NCBI GenBank assembly: GCA_965603825.1
Contig: CBFDEM010000030.1
Location: 572,331 to 636,330 of the forward strand
From: Blepharisma stoltei ATCC 30299
Lineage: Eukaryota; Protista; Ciliophora
Direction of reading: 5' to 3'
DNA: 64,000 nucleotides
The number at the start of each line of letters is the position of its first letter. The first letter of the stretch is position 1. Below the pieces are notes generated by a model that did not search any database, was not told the origin of the DNA, and saw nothing but the letters and a program-made list of their open reading frames with translations. Positions 23,296-35,836 of the stretch are shown piece after piece. Both the position numbers and the translations under genes were made by a program.

Positions 23296-25812
23296 TTAAA
23301 TGGCACTAATTTGACCTAGAGAATACTCAGCCATTTCTTTCAACCTCGGATCTCCTTTTTCTTTATGCATTTGCAAATATCCAAACACATTCGGATTTTT
23401 CAAGTGTTCAGCTACCTTTTTCCTATAAGCATTTGCGATATCTCCTAACAGTCCCAGTGCAGCTGAATGCACCGCATAAGAAGGTGTGTGCTTTTGATTT
23501 ACACAAATTAATGTATACTGAATAATATTCGGAATTTTCAGCAAAATTGAATCAGTCTGATTTGTCTCATGTAGCCCTTGTATTAGTCCCACATAAAATT
23601 CAATGATTGCTTCTCTAAGCTGCAATAAATACTCCTTCAGGTCTGGGTTGTCATCTTGGAATTCTTTTACACTCAAATTTGCAGCACCTTCTATATACTG
23701 TAAAACCTGATTGAGATAATGGCTAAATATCCCTCTGGTATTGCTGGCTAAGTCTCCCATGGCTTCAATGCTCATAATTTTTACATCAGTACTTACAATA
23801 TTGCTTTCTAGGTTGCGCAATAATATAGGAATTATATCATGGATATAAGGGGAAAGCCTTTGTCCTAGAGAACGGGCAAGGTCACCTACACTCATTGTGG
23901 CGGCTTTGCAGATGGAAGAAATCTCTTGGTTGCTAAGTGCCCAGAGCAAGTATTGGTGGAAGGGCTGCACAAAAGGCTCGAATCTGGTTTCGATGTTCTG
24001 AGCGAGAGCTCCAATAGCTTGGATTCCTTCTTCTATAACTGTCCCTCGGACTTTGAAAATTTGTAAAATAGTGTCCATGAATTCTCTTGCGTCTGCATCA
24101 GAGACTGCTCCTGTTGAAGATCGGCCAAAGCAGGTTTGTAATGCTGAGCACAGATAAGCTTGCAAATGTTCAGTATTTCCCAAATGCAGTGTTTTTTTCA
24201 GCATTATAATAAAATGCGGAATTTTTGACTCTATTAATTTCACTGAATCTTTCCCAGACTTTTCGATAATAGTATTTATAGCACTAAAAGAAGAAATCTG
24301 CAAGTTATAGTCGTGCCCAATCGCATCAGGTCTATTAGCGGCTATCAAAAAAGCATTAATCATAGCATCCACATGATCTTTAGTAAACACATTATACCCT
24401 TCTAATTTTTCAGCTAAATTTATTACAGCCCAGCAGCAATGTGAAGCTATAAGTGGGTGAGATTTCAAAGCCTCTAGTAGCTCATGGACAATCTGCAAAA
24501 AGGATGGATCATTTAGGATACAAAGACTGTGGAATTCACACAGCTTTGATAAAGCCCATGCTGTTGTTTTTTTGACTGATTTTACGTCATCTTTTAATAG
24601 CTGTAATAAATTTCCTAAAATATTTTGCATTAGTCTGCTGATGGGTTGGTGCCCTGGGCCATCTAAAATAGACCCAAAAACTAAGACTGCTGATTCACGT
24701 TCTTTCCAATTAGGAGATTCTATATGAGAAAGGATATAAGAAGCGACTTTATCTACCACGGAGTCTCCAATAATTTGAGAAACTGCTCCTATTGTGGTAG
24801 ACCCAGCCTTATGCAGGTTCCATTCATCATCATCGTCTTCAAAAATCGCTATTTTTTCTAACAAAATCGGTATAAGTGTATCTGCAGCTGTATTGATAAA
24901 CCCAAGCACAGGGAAATTATTTTCGATTTTCAGGTTTTCAATGTCTGCAATTACATTCCAAAACTCCACGCCCAGCACAGCAGCTCTTGGGTCATCCTGC
25001 CTTATAGTAGAATACGTCACAGTTCCTAGCTGCATTAAATTAGTCTGTAAATATTCATAATAGAGCCCAGCAATATCACATAAAACTTGCAAAGCAGAAA
25101 TTCTGATATTTAAATTAGGGTTTGTGCACAAATCGCATAGGATATTGATTATATATTCTCTTTCATTAGCTTTTTGAAAATTCTCATGCGTGAATGGTAA
25201 GGAATTCCTCAAAGCTTGGATCGCGATGATTTTTAAGTCATCTTTGCAGTTTTCGTCTGAAAAATTCGCACAAATAGCAGTCAAAATTTGGTCAGCTGTA
25301 ACCTTGGTTATACAGCTTGAAGGGAGTTCTTCACATATATATCCAAGGGTAGTCAAAGATATCATTTTCACATTGAGATCTTGATGTGTGGCATTATTAA
25401 TAAGGATTCCTAAAATATCAGGCCATTCTCCTAAAGGGATATCAAGCTTGGCGATACAGGCGACTGCTTGAGCTGCAGCAAGTCGGACATCGCGATCTTG
25501 GGTGGCCAAGGTGCATAGTGTATTATTCCTGATTTGCGCTTTGGAATCTGGAGGGAGACTTATTCATAGACGGTCAAGAAATGCCTCTTGCTTGACGTTA
25601 AGAATTGTGTTTTTTAAGGTGAGACCTGCAATTTGACGGGCAAGCTTGGAAGACTGCTCATTAGAAAGCTCAGAGGAAAGGTCATAGAGAAATTGAGCAG
25701 GCTGAGTCTGAGTCAAGCTTTGGATGATTTGCTCAGATGAAGCACGGGTTTGTGGGTCTGGGGCTGACTGGGCTGAAATTAGAAGTTGAGCAAAGGAACT
25801 TATTGCCGCCAT
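23296..25812 (-). CDS. KPNB1: Importin subunit beta-1, 838 aa
   Basis: RQIAGLTLKN (IBN_N), LGYICE, EFWNVIAD, DDDEWN, WKERESAVLVFGSILDGP; TGA 25564-25566 supplies the conserved Trp after IBN_N. Confidence 0.95.
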
Positions 25813-26346
25813 AAGGAAATTTTTTGATGCAAAATAAGATGGATGTGTCAGAAAGATTTAAGCTTAAAGTGGCGGAAGTGAAAGGGAGGAGGATTTTGTA
25901 GACGAAAAAAGATTGACATAGTAGAATATAATGCAGAAGGCTTTTTTAAAGTGTAATAGTTTAAGATAAGCAGGATTTTAAACAAAGAAGATTAGTCTTT
26001 ATTTATTAAAGGATAAAAATTTCTAACTGATGATTATTTGGTATTTTATATTTGCATTTGCCAAGTGTAATCATTTTAAAAATACAATTATTTATTTATT
26101 AGCGCTTTATTATTTTTGACCAATTTTCACCAGCTAACTTTGACGTAAGTAAATAAGAGAAATTACCTTTTCCTTCATTTTTTTTATTGTATGAGTTTGT
26201 TTAACATTAAGCTCATTATTTCATTAGCACAGCCATCTGCCAATATTTAAATATGCTATATAGCATTTTTATGCAAGCTTAATTAAGTGATTTATTTTGC
26301 TCCTATTTGAATTAAAAATATTGATTACCATTGATTATACTGAAAG

Positions 26347-27202
26347 ATGGCCGAAGAAAGTCAATTTTATTTGGTTCTAGAAAGCTGCAAAGAGCAGCTT
26401 CTGCGCCACAGTAAAGTAACATTTAAGAGTCTTGTTGAAGTCTATGAGGTATTTTTCAACTCAGTTTTCTTATAGAAAAAAACAATGAAAAATCCCCAGC
26501 CGAGATATGAGGGCAAAAGAAGCTGTCAGGGAATTAGAAGAAATCGCGTCCTCAGTAATTTTTATTAAGGCTTTGGTGGACTTAAAAATTGACGGAGTCC
26601 TAAAACCTTCATCCAACATTTATGTCGCCAGAATAGAAAACAATGGGTACATTCAGAGCTACTATGAAAGCGCTGATACCTCAGTTTCTACCAACGACGA
26701 AGAGTTCACAAGACCAAGAAGAGCGACTTCTCCAACCCGCCAGCCTGAAGAACAAATTGAAGTGCGGAAACGCTCAAGTTCAACCAATACCAAGCTGCCT
26801 AAAGTTAATACTCCAACGTCTCTGAACGTCAAGGAATCACCAAAGTATAAAACAGCTGAAACTCCTAATTGTAATCTAGAAAAAAACACTGAAAGTTGCA
26901 GTACTTTTTCAGCTGTCGCAGAGTCTGTTTCTTTAGAGACTTTAAAAAGGTCGAAAACACCAGCTATTAGCAGGTTTATGGAAATTCATAGAAGAAGTCC
27001 TATGCCTCAAAATGATAGCAGCCCAAAGCGAGCGCTGGAAAATTCGATAAAAAATAGGTTTCCTTTAAAGGAATCAATTTTATTTAAAAAAAATTCATGG
27101 TTTAACGCAAATAGCAGTAGATGCTGTTCAGTTAAAGAAAAACTCAAGCTTATAAGGGAGTCATATAGCAACGCCCGATGTAAAGTCGCGTCTTATAGAT
27201 AG
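26347..27202 (+). CDS. Hypothetical protein with S/T/P-rich C-terminal half (one 16-nt intron)
   Basis: ATG 26347; removing intron 26449-26464 and reading one TGA as Trp joins it in frame to track ORF 26507..27202. Confidence 0.7.
26449..26464 (+). other. 16-nt spliceosomal intron GTATTTTTCAACTCAG
   Basis: GT-AG, A at -6; removal restores the frame and avoids a TAG. Confidence 0.72.
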
Positions 27203-27864
27203 CGCATTTTTGATATGGCAGAATTAAATTAATGATTTTTACAATAATTCATTATTCTGAAAATAGAAAAATTCCATTTCGAAGTTAGAAATGCAAAATA
27301 ATGGCGATATAAATTGCACATTAAGGCTTTAAAACTCTGCTATAGCTGATTAATTTTTTGAATTTAGCAGCTGGCTTTCTTCATCTTTTAAAAATTGAAC
27401 TCTGCTTTTCGTTTCTTATTTACTATTAATTTCTCAACCCCTGAGCCTGCTAAATATGGAATTCATGATATTAAGCTCATGAATCTATGATAAATAATAA
27501 ATGAGTTAATCAACAGTCAAAATATAATAAATGGTTCAATACTAGCTACTTTTCTTTCAACTTTAAGCTTTATTAAAGTTTCCATCCTTAAAGTTAAGAC
27601 CAATATGGCAACAAGGATTTTTATTCATATAAGTACATATTTTTTAAATAAAAATTTAGATGATAGAAATTATAATTTAAATATTTACTAAAGCTCAAGA
27701 CATTTTTAAAATTAATGGAAAGAAATATTTATTAAATAGCTCTTTTTGGATAAATATATTGAAGATGATTATTAAAATATTCTACAGCATTTCATAGCTT
27801 CAAAATGTAACGCTTAAGCCAATATCCTTTGTTCTCTATTTTATGTAATTTTGAATAATAATTA

Positions 27865-29460
27865 ATGAATATAAAAGAATCCAGGAAGCATCTTTTGTCA
27901 CAACTCTTAGATATGGGCTATCCTCAGCCTAAAGCTGTGCAGGCAGCAAATAAATACACTGATATAAACGATGCAATTTTGTACTTGACTTCAGAAGAGC
28001 CTCAAGATTCCAAAGCGTCGTCTCACAAAGGCTCTTTAAAAATCCCCAAAGATGCAAATGACCATGAACGATCGCATTCCTCAAAAGCAGCTCACGATAT
28101 TGATGAAAATAAAGAGCAATTAGAAAGAACAATGAGAAAATCAGCAAGCCAGTTAGCTGCAATGAATTCCAAAAGTATAAAGAAAGCCGCAAAAGCCACG
28201 AGAAAAGAAATAAGGAAAAAATTCAGATCTGTTTATGCAGAAATCAAGAAAAATCTTGATATTTTATCAAAAACCAAAAAGGAATTGCGGAAAAAAATAA
28301 AGAAATTGAAAGAAGAAGGCCATGAAAAAACCGCAAGAAAAACAAAAAGGAAGCTTTCAAACGTCAAAGATAAGATAGGGAATTTAGATACTAAAGTTGA
28401 TGATTTATATTTGTTAAACGGAGAGTTTACAGAGATGAAAAAGTCTAATCCAAAAGATATCACAGAGGAATATTTTTTTGGACTACTAGAAGATATTGAA
28501 AATAATGTTTGGTTTGATGAGGAGCTGAATTCTATCATAAACGACTGTGGAATTTTTGAAGCACGAAGAGTAGAAACCAGCTTTGAAAACACAGATATAA
28601 AAATTATATATGAAATCGAAACCGAAGAAGATGAGACTGAAAAAATTGCTGTTGAGCAAGCAGTCCCTGAAATCCCTCAGGATTCCCCTCATAGGCACAA
28701 ATCTAAAATAAATCCGTTATCTGAAACAAGGTCTATAATTCAACAAAAAATCCAAGGTTTAGGCTTAAGTCAGGAGTACGCACATATTTTAAATATGCAT
28801 CAAACCTTTGAAGAATCTTATTTAGGGCTAATTCAAGTAATATCTAAAAGAAGGATGAAAAATCATCCGAATCAGCTCTCCATTTGTAGATCAAGAGAAA
28901 TTGGCACGAAAACAATTTTTCTGCAAAAGCCAAAACAAGTTTTGAGCCCATATCAGTCTATACAAAGACTAGATCCCTTTAAGCCAAACCAAGGGCTTTT
29001 CAGCAAACTTTTTGCATCAATAAACCCAAAGACAGGGTTTATAGCGACTATTCAGGGCAAAAAGAGTGTAGAAGAAATTAAAGAAGATCCAACAGAAATA
29101 CTAAGCCCAGATATTGAAGAAAATCTTAGTGATTTTGACGAATACGAAGAAGTCCCCGACGACATAGATGAAGGAGATGTGTCCAGGCATTCTCCTACAA
29201 ATGAAGGCATTATTGATATTTTAATAGAGGCTTATAGAGCCAAAGGGGTTTCAGTAGAAGCTATAGATAGTTTACCATACTACACCTTAGAAAACGAAGA
29301 GGCACTTCCATATACTACATGCATAATTTGTTTAGAAGAATTCATCAGAGGAGACATTCTCATGGTGATGACTTGTGAGCATTTCTATCATTCAAGCTGC
29401 TTGAAAAAATGGTTACAAGGAAGCAAAAAATGCCCGCTTTGCAATGCTGATGTACAGTAA
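27865..29460 (+). CDS. UBA plus coiled-coil plus RING-H2 E3 ubiquitin ligase
   Basis: QLLDMGYP...DAILYL (UBA); CIICLEEF...CEHFYHSSCLKKWL...CPLC (RING-H2). Confidence 0.9.
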   Translation: MNIKESRKHLLSQLLDMGYPQPKAVQAANKYTDINDAILYLTSEEPQDSKASSHKGSLKIPKDANDHERSHSSKAAHDIDENKEQLERTMRKSASQLAAMNSKSIKKAAKATRKEIRKKFRSVYAEIKKNLDILSKTKKELRKKIKKLKEEGHEKTARKTKRKLSNVKDKIGNLDTKVDDLYLLNGEFTEMKKSNPKDITEEYFFGLLEDIENNVWFDEELNSIINDCGIFEARRVETSFENTDIKIIYEIETEEDETEKIAVEQAVPEIPQDSPHRHKSKINPLSETRSIIQQKIQGLGLSQEYAHILNMHQTFEESYLGLIQVISKRRMKNHPNQLSICRSREIGTKTIFLQKPKQVLSPYQSIQRLDPFKPNQGLFSKLFASINPKTGFIATIQGKKSVEEIKEDPTEILSPDIEENLSDFDEYEEVPDDIDEGDVSRHSPTNEGIIDILIEAYRAKGVSVEAIDSLPYYTLENEEALPYTTCIICLEEFIRGDILMVMTCEHFYHSSCLKKWLQGSKKCPLCNADVQ

Positions 29461-29539
29461 CTTATAAAAATATCCACAAATTCTTTATTTTCAAATAATT
29501 TTTCTTTATAATATTTATACAAGATTATAATAAAATACG

Positions 29540-30610
29540 ATGGCAAAATTTGTTGCACATAACATGCTCCTGGCTCTGAAAGAAGAAGAGTACAAGATAA
29601 CTGAATACGGCAAAAGTACATGCTTAGACGTGATTGATCGTTTCACTGTAGATATTCCTTATTCTGACGGATGTATCAAAACGCGTGTTCTATTTAACGC
29701 AATGGATCCTTCTTGCCCACCTGACTTTATTATTATGAATCCTCAAACAGACATTGAAGTTCCTTATTCTTCAGTTATAAGCGACTGGAATATCAGCGAC
29801 CGACGAGGTCTGCTCAATGCCAGCGCCAAAATCAAAGACGCTTTTTCAGAATACCACGAACGGCTATTTCAGGAATACAAAAATCAAGAAACTGAAGTGA
29901 TTTATAATATTGCTAACAAAATTGAAGGCCTAACGCAAAGAAATGAAATTAAAGTCAACATTGAAGGAGGAGTTTTGCAAGAAATAGTGATTTCTGTGCC
30001 GTTTCCTATTACTTTGGCGCATGAGTCATGCACTCTGCCTATATATTGCCATGTGAGCATTTTGCCGCATGAAGAAAAATTCACTGTGAACTTGCAGTAT
30101 CCCCAATGAGCAACTCATTTGCATCATTTAACTATAAATGCACTTGTGAAAGCACAAAATCCTTATTGGCAGTACTCATCATTTTATAGCTTGATAAACC
30201 AGCTAATTAATTTTTTGAAGAAGGAAACGCAGACTGCTGGGAACTCAAAAGACTTAAGAGCGTTATTCATGCAGTGCCTCTGCAATGCAAATCTAGGGAT
30301 CCCTCTAGAGATTGACTCAATTGAGTTCTTAAAAATGAGCTTTCATATGGAAATTCCATATAAAGCCACAGGTGGGTCAGAAATCGTCCAATTAATTTTC
30401 CAAGTCCCCTCAGACTTTCCCAAATCAGCACCTACCTATAAACTGAGGAGCCAAAAAATTATGAGGCATAGTGAGCTCAGAGAAAAAAAATACGGGAACA
30501 AGTTTAAAGGCTGAAGCGCAGACTTAGAAATATCGCAGCTTGCGGCGCTTGTAAAACAACGACTTAATGAAGACCTAAAAGATTTTCTCAGCTGGGTTTA
30601 TTCAACATAA
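29540..30610 (+). CDS. BRE/BRCC45 (BABAM2)-like tandem UEV protein, 356 aa
   Basis: DRFTVDIPY...VLFNAMDPSCPPDFI matches the BRE N-terminus; second UEV VPSDFPKSAPTYKLRS; two TGA=Trp; TAA at 30608-30610. Confidence 0.8.
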
Positions 30611-30617
30611 TTAACCA

Positions 30618-31616
30618 TTATTCTTTAGATGCCGGCATCACGTCGTTGTCCTCGATTTCTTTTATAAATATCTTCTCAGGTGGTTTATTAGGAATATCTC
30701 CTTCTTCAAACATATAACTGCAGCCTATTGCCAGCTGCTTACCGTCCTTATTAAACGCTAATGAAGAAATAGGGCTTGGGTACTGTTTTAGCTTCCAAAT
30801 CCTTTTCTTGTGCTCCCCGTCCCAGACATTGACTAAGTTATCGCTTCCTCCTGTTGCAAAAGTCCCAAAAACTGGGTGAAAAGCAATAGTGTTGACTGGG
30901 TAAACCAAAACTTTCCCGTTTTCTTCTTTTCTGTGGCATTTAAAAGCGTAGTTTCTAGCTTGCATTTCTGGGGCTGCACTGAAATACTCCAACCCTACCC
31001 TACCTTCTATTGAAGCTATAGCGTAGCCCAGGCCATTTGGCATACATTCAATGTACCTGGTTTGGTATTTCAAAGGAGACTCTTTCTGCTGAATTGGCTC
31101 TTGAAGATTCCTTATGTCAAAAATCAATATTTCTTTTTTATTTGTCCCGAGAACTATGTAGCCTTGATTTTCACTTATAGCTAACGAATAAGCTTTTCCT
31201 GGCAAGTTTGTGGTAGAAACCCAGTGGCTTTGAGTTCGAGGGTCCCATGATCTCATTGTAGAATCCCAAGACCCTGATATGATGAGCCCTACTTGTGAAT
31301 AAAAGCGGACTGCTTTGATAACATAGTCATGGTCACCTAAATTTTCAGTATGGTTCCTTTCAAAATCATGAAGCTGCAGATGCCGATCCAAGCCACCTCA
31401 TACAGCGGTATTTGGGGTGTTATAAAAAGCACAGTCAAGAATCGCCGCATTGCCTGTGAATCGAGAAATCAAGTCACAAGAGTCTGTGTTGTAAATAGAA
31501 ACTGAGCGATCCCAGCTTGATACTAATAATGTGTTAGAAGTCGGACTAAAAGCAAGCTTAGAAATGCTGTCTGCAGGAATATTTGGTAATTCTCGCTCAG
31601 TCTTGTCTGATTCCAT
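30618..31616 (-). CDS. BUB3: Mitotic checkpoint protein BUB3 (WD40), 332 aa
   Basis: LLVSSWD, ESPLKYQTR, SIEGRV, YAFKCHR, YPVN, FATGGSD, SYMFE; TGA 31398-31400 joins the two track ORFs. Confidence 0.92.
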
Positions 31617-31680
31617 TTAATTTGAACTTAAAATATGTATGATCCCTTAATGCAAATTTATAGGAAATTTTTAATTTTAG

Positions 31681-33549
31681 CTACTTTCTCTTCTTTTCTC
31701 CTGCAGCTTCTATATGAGCAGTTGACGGGCCTCTATTAAAAGAGCCCACTTCTTGTCCCATCACTTCTGGCATGGCTCCTTGTGGCCCTTTAAGTTTCTT
31801 TTGTTTTTTCCAATTTTTCTTCTTGTATTCTGACCTTTCTTTTTTAGGCAGCCACCTTTCAGGGTCTGGAGGAGGGTTATTAGGATTTTTAGGGTCAAAG
31901 CCTTTAGGGTATTTTGGTTTTCTTTTTCTCTTTTTTCTGGCCACTTCTGCTACTTTTTTCTCTTCTACTTTTTGTTTCCAGTTTACGTTGGCGTATTCTA
32001 ACCTGTCGCAGACTCCAAAAATGTCTTCGTCACCTTGTCGTAAGGAATATAAAGCATCTTTTTTATTGATCAGGCCTTTTTTCAAGCTTTCTATTTCTTG
32101 GAACTTTTTGTTTTTTTCAGCTTCGCTGACAGTTGGATTGGCTTTTACCCATTTTGCATAAGAGTTAGCGGCGGCAATTACTAAACTTGATCTTATAGCT
32201 TTATCATCATTTTTATTGAGAAATTGCTGGAAAACGCTAGTTGCTTTATCTAATTCGCCAATTTTCATTAATAAATTCCCTAGAGCTTCACAGATTTTTC
32301 TATCAGAAAACAATTTGTTTCCTTCTTCTAAAAGCTCAACAGCTTGCTGCACATATCCAGCGTCTTCCAAAATGTGAGACATTGTTATATAAAAATCTTG
32401 ATCATTAAAAGCGCTCTGTTCTGACTTCAGTTTCAGCGAAATCTCTGCAGCTTCTTTCTGTTTGTGCTGCTGCAACAGAATTTTTATTAGCAATAAATAA
32501 GCCCACGGCTGATGTTTTTCCAATAAAAAGTTTTTATATTCATCATTCTTTTTTTCTTTCATCAGTATATAAGCATTGATAGAGCCTAGCCTTCTCTCGT
32601 GGACTTTATATTTTTCGCATTCTTTTAATATATCTTCTGCTTCTTGGATTTTTTTTCTTTTGAAAGCGATCAATGCATAATTAAGCAAAATCCCAGCTTT
32701 TTGTAGAGCAGTTAACTTATTTTCATCTCCCAAAGAGCTCTTAAGCTCGTTTAAGGCTTCTTTATTTTCATGCTCCTTTGCAACAATCAAGTTATTTTTT
32801 ATCATTGCTTTTATATTTAAATCTGTGGTCTGTTTTAAGATTTCTTCATATTTTTCTATAGCAGTTTGTGTTTCTTCCATAAGTTGGTAAATATAAGCAA
32901 TTTGGGCTTTGACGATCCATTTTTCTTCTTCTAATGATGAATCTTTGGTGACGATATTTTCGACTTCTCGAAGTGAGTTTAAAGCTTCACTATAGTGTCC
33001 TATATCGGTCTGCAGAATAGCTCTATTGAACAAAATTTCCCATCCACCCTCGTGCTGAAGCGAAAAATGATTGATACCTCTATCTCCAAGTCCTGGGCCA
33101 GAAAAAGACGCTGAAAAGTTAATAAGCAGTTCTTGTGAACTTGGGTCATTTTTTATCAAATCTTCATACTCAGCGATTGCTTGCTCAAACCACGACAGGC
33201 GAAAGAACTACATAATAAATACAGCTTGAGCTCTCAGCTGACGAAAAGCTTTGTCGCTTTTTCCTTCACAAACTCTTAAGCAGTCTTCAAAATTCCCAAG
33301 CTTATAGCTTATATAAGCTCTTTCAAAATCCAAGCCCTGCACCGTTTGTATCAGCTCAAAGGCTTCTTGGAATTTTGATGTTTGGATCAAAGCGACAATT
33401 TTAGTCTTCAGCAAGTCAAGATCATTAGGCAAAACACCTTGCACTACATAAAACTTACAATTTGAACAAATCGCCAAGATCGAGCTGTGGTTGCCGCCTT
33501 TGATTTCTTGCCAAAGCAGCTCATACGCTTTCTGAGGGTTATCAGACAT
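31681..33549 (-). CDS. SRP72: Signal recognition particle subunit SRP72 (two 15-nt introns)
   Basis: FERAYISYKL TPR N-terminus; C-terminal KKRKRKPKYPKGFDP...PDPERWLP SRP72 signature; introns 33444-33458 and 33208-33222. Confidence 0.93.
33208..33222 (-). other. 15-nt intron GTATTTATTATGTAG
   Basis: GT-AG, A at -6; removal yields LRAQAFFRL; retention ends at TAG. Confidence 0.9.
33444..33458 (-). other. 15-nt intron GTAAGTTTTATGTAG (in frame, stop-free)
   Basis: Strong GTAAGT donor, A at -6, TAG acceptor; not required for the frame. Confidence 0.7.
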
Positions 33550-33602
33550 ATTTTACTTGGATTTAAAGAGAATGGGAAATTATAATAAACGGTAATCTCG
33601 CC

Positions 33603-35156
33603 ATGAAAATAACTATAAAGTGAATATGCGCTTTATCTCTATTGGTCTTGGCCTCTGCAAGTCAGAAAACAATGCAGCCAGAGATGAAGAATAATGGATT
33701 GGCATTTTTAGAAGAGGAAGAAGAAGAGGATAGCCAAGATTTGGTCGACTCAGGATACACAGGAAGTTCTGTAAGTACAGATGAAGGAGATGAATATGAT
33801 GAATATTATGAAAATGATGAAGATTATGACGAGGAAGAATATGAATATCAAGATGTCGAAAGGGCTGACTATAGCGAATATGATAGTGATTATAGTGCTA
33901 CTTATACAGCGACAGATGAGGATGAGGAAAATAATGATGGTGAAGAGGAGGAAAGTGGAGATTTAAGTGAAAATAATGAAGAAGAGGAAAGTGGAGACGA
34001 AGAAGATAGCAGTGAGGATGTAGATGGTGATACGGAAGAAGGTATAAGTGAGGGTAGTGATGAAACTGAAGAAGTAGATGAAGAAGAAAATGATTATGAT
34101 GAAGATATAGATGAATGAGATGAAAATTCAGATAGTGATATTGATGAAAGTGAAGAATACTACTCAGAAGAGGGCGATTATTCTGAAAGTAACGAAGATG
34201 GAGAAGAGCTAGAAGACTATTCAAGTGAAAACTTAGATTACAGTGATGCTGATGAAAGTCAATACTCAGATACTGACTCTGATGAAGATTTAGAGGAAGA
34301 TTATGATGAAGACGCCAGCGAGAGCTATGAAATTGATGAAAGTACTGATGAAATTGAAGATTCAGAATATGATCTTGAAGACTATTCAGAAAGTGACAGT
34401 GATGAGGATGAAAACTACTCAGACTATGACGAAACAGATGTAAGCTATGAAGATGAATCTGAAGATTTAGAGGACTATGCAAGCACAACTTCGGAGGAAA
34501 GCGAAGAAGTTGATGAAGATGAAGAGACAGATGAAACTAGTGAAGATACTAGCAGCGAGGATAGCTCAGCAAATGATGAAGATACAAGCGACGCAACAGA
34601 AGTTACTATTGAAGAAGAAAGCAGTATAACAGTCTCAGAAGAGGAAAATAGTGATAGTGAGGGGACTAGCAATGATGAAAGTTCAACTGAAGTAGAAAGT
34701 GAATCAACGGAAACAGATACTGGAGGAGAAAATGGTACAGAAGAGGCTGATGGAGAAGAAGCAGATAGTAGCGAAGATGAGGCGGCAGATGAAGATACTG
34801 GTAGTGAGGAAAGCGAAGAAGAAAGCGAAGAAGAAAGTGAAGAAGAAAGTAAAGAAGAAAGTAAAGAAGAAAGTGAAGAAGAAAGTGAAGAAGAAAGTGA
34901 AGAAGAAAGTGAAGAAGATAGCGAAGAAGAAAGTAATGAGGAAAGTGAAGAAGAAAGTGAAGAAGAGACAGAAAACTCTGATGAGTCATCAAGTGATGAG
35001 GATACAAGTGAAGAAGACAACAGTGAAAGTGACTCAGAAGTCCAAGACTCAACTGAAGAAGCCTCTGAGGTGGAAGAAAACGAAAATTCCAGTGAGTCCG
35101 CAAGTGACGTTACTGATGAATCAAGCGAGTCAACCGAAACTCAAGTCACAGAATAA
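33603..35156 (+). CDS. Secreted hyper-acidic (E/D/S/Y-rich) protein, 517 aa
   Basis: MKITIK(W)ICALSLLVLAS signal peptide; open frame through two TGAs to TAA 35154-35156; almost no basic residues after the N-terminus. Confidence 0.85.
34812..34967 (+). repeat. Coding tandem repeat, 13 x 12 bp (AGTGAAGAAGAA consensus, SEEE)
   Basis: Directly visible, with SKEE, SNEE and SEED variants. Confidence 0.9.
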
Positions 35157-35287
35157 TTAGCAAACTTATTTGTTTAATAATAATCTATCTTACCTTCGAT
35201 TAATAAGGAGATCCTTCCTTATTTGTGATGTCTTACTTATTTCTGGGGCAGTTAATAGAATAGTGTATTGAATTAATTGCTCTCAAA

Positions 35288-35677
35288 TTATAAAGTAGTA
35301 CTTAAATAAGCAATATATTTTTTTATCTGTGCTTCAGTTTTTTGCAAAGTCAAGTCATTATTATTGCTGATTTTTTTAACTGGCTGGCAGTTTCCTTCCT
35401 TTGAAGCTATTTCTCTTTTAAGATTTGTAACATCTCTCAGTGCGATTTTTGCTTGATATAAGTCTTGAATTGCTTTGTGCTCTTCCTGTTCCCTTCTTTT
35501 TTCTTTGGCTGACTTTAGCATTTCTTCTGCTTTTGCTCTTTGCTGATTTCTAAATGCAATATGCTCATTTCTGATGACTGTTTCCTTAAAATTCCATCGG
35601 ATTTTGGGATTGTTATTCCAGCGCTTCTTATTTCGAGTGTCCTTTCTTGGAAATGATTCTGGATCATCATCAATCAT
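35288..35677 (-). CDS. Hypothetical coiled-coil protein, 129 aa
   Basis: ATG-to-TAA ORF flanked by AT-rich spacers. Confidence 0.6.
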   Translation of the reverse strand: MIDDDPESFPRKDTRNKKRWNNNPKIRWNFKETVIRNEHIAFRNQQRAKAEEMLKSAKEKRREQEEHKAIQDLYQAKIALRDVTNLKREIASKEGNCQPVKKISNNNDLTLQKTEAQIKKYIAYLSTTL

Positions 35678-35836
35678 TTTTATATTTAGACAATATTGCG
35701 AAAATTTAAATAAAATAAAAATTTATATATAAAAAGAATTTAATTTTTATTTTAAGCGATAAGCAAATATGTTTAATAAAACTCATCATATAAACAAAAC
35801 AGAAATTAAATATATAATTATTTAATCCTTTACACC

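Noticed and set aside
33781-35160. Overlapping K/V-rich, S/L-rich and H/L-rich ORFs
   Set aside because: Shadow frames of the low-complexity acidic gene; only the acidic frame has a signal peptide and spans the whole unit.
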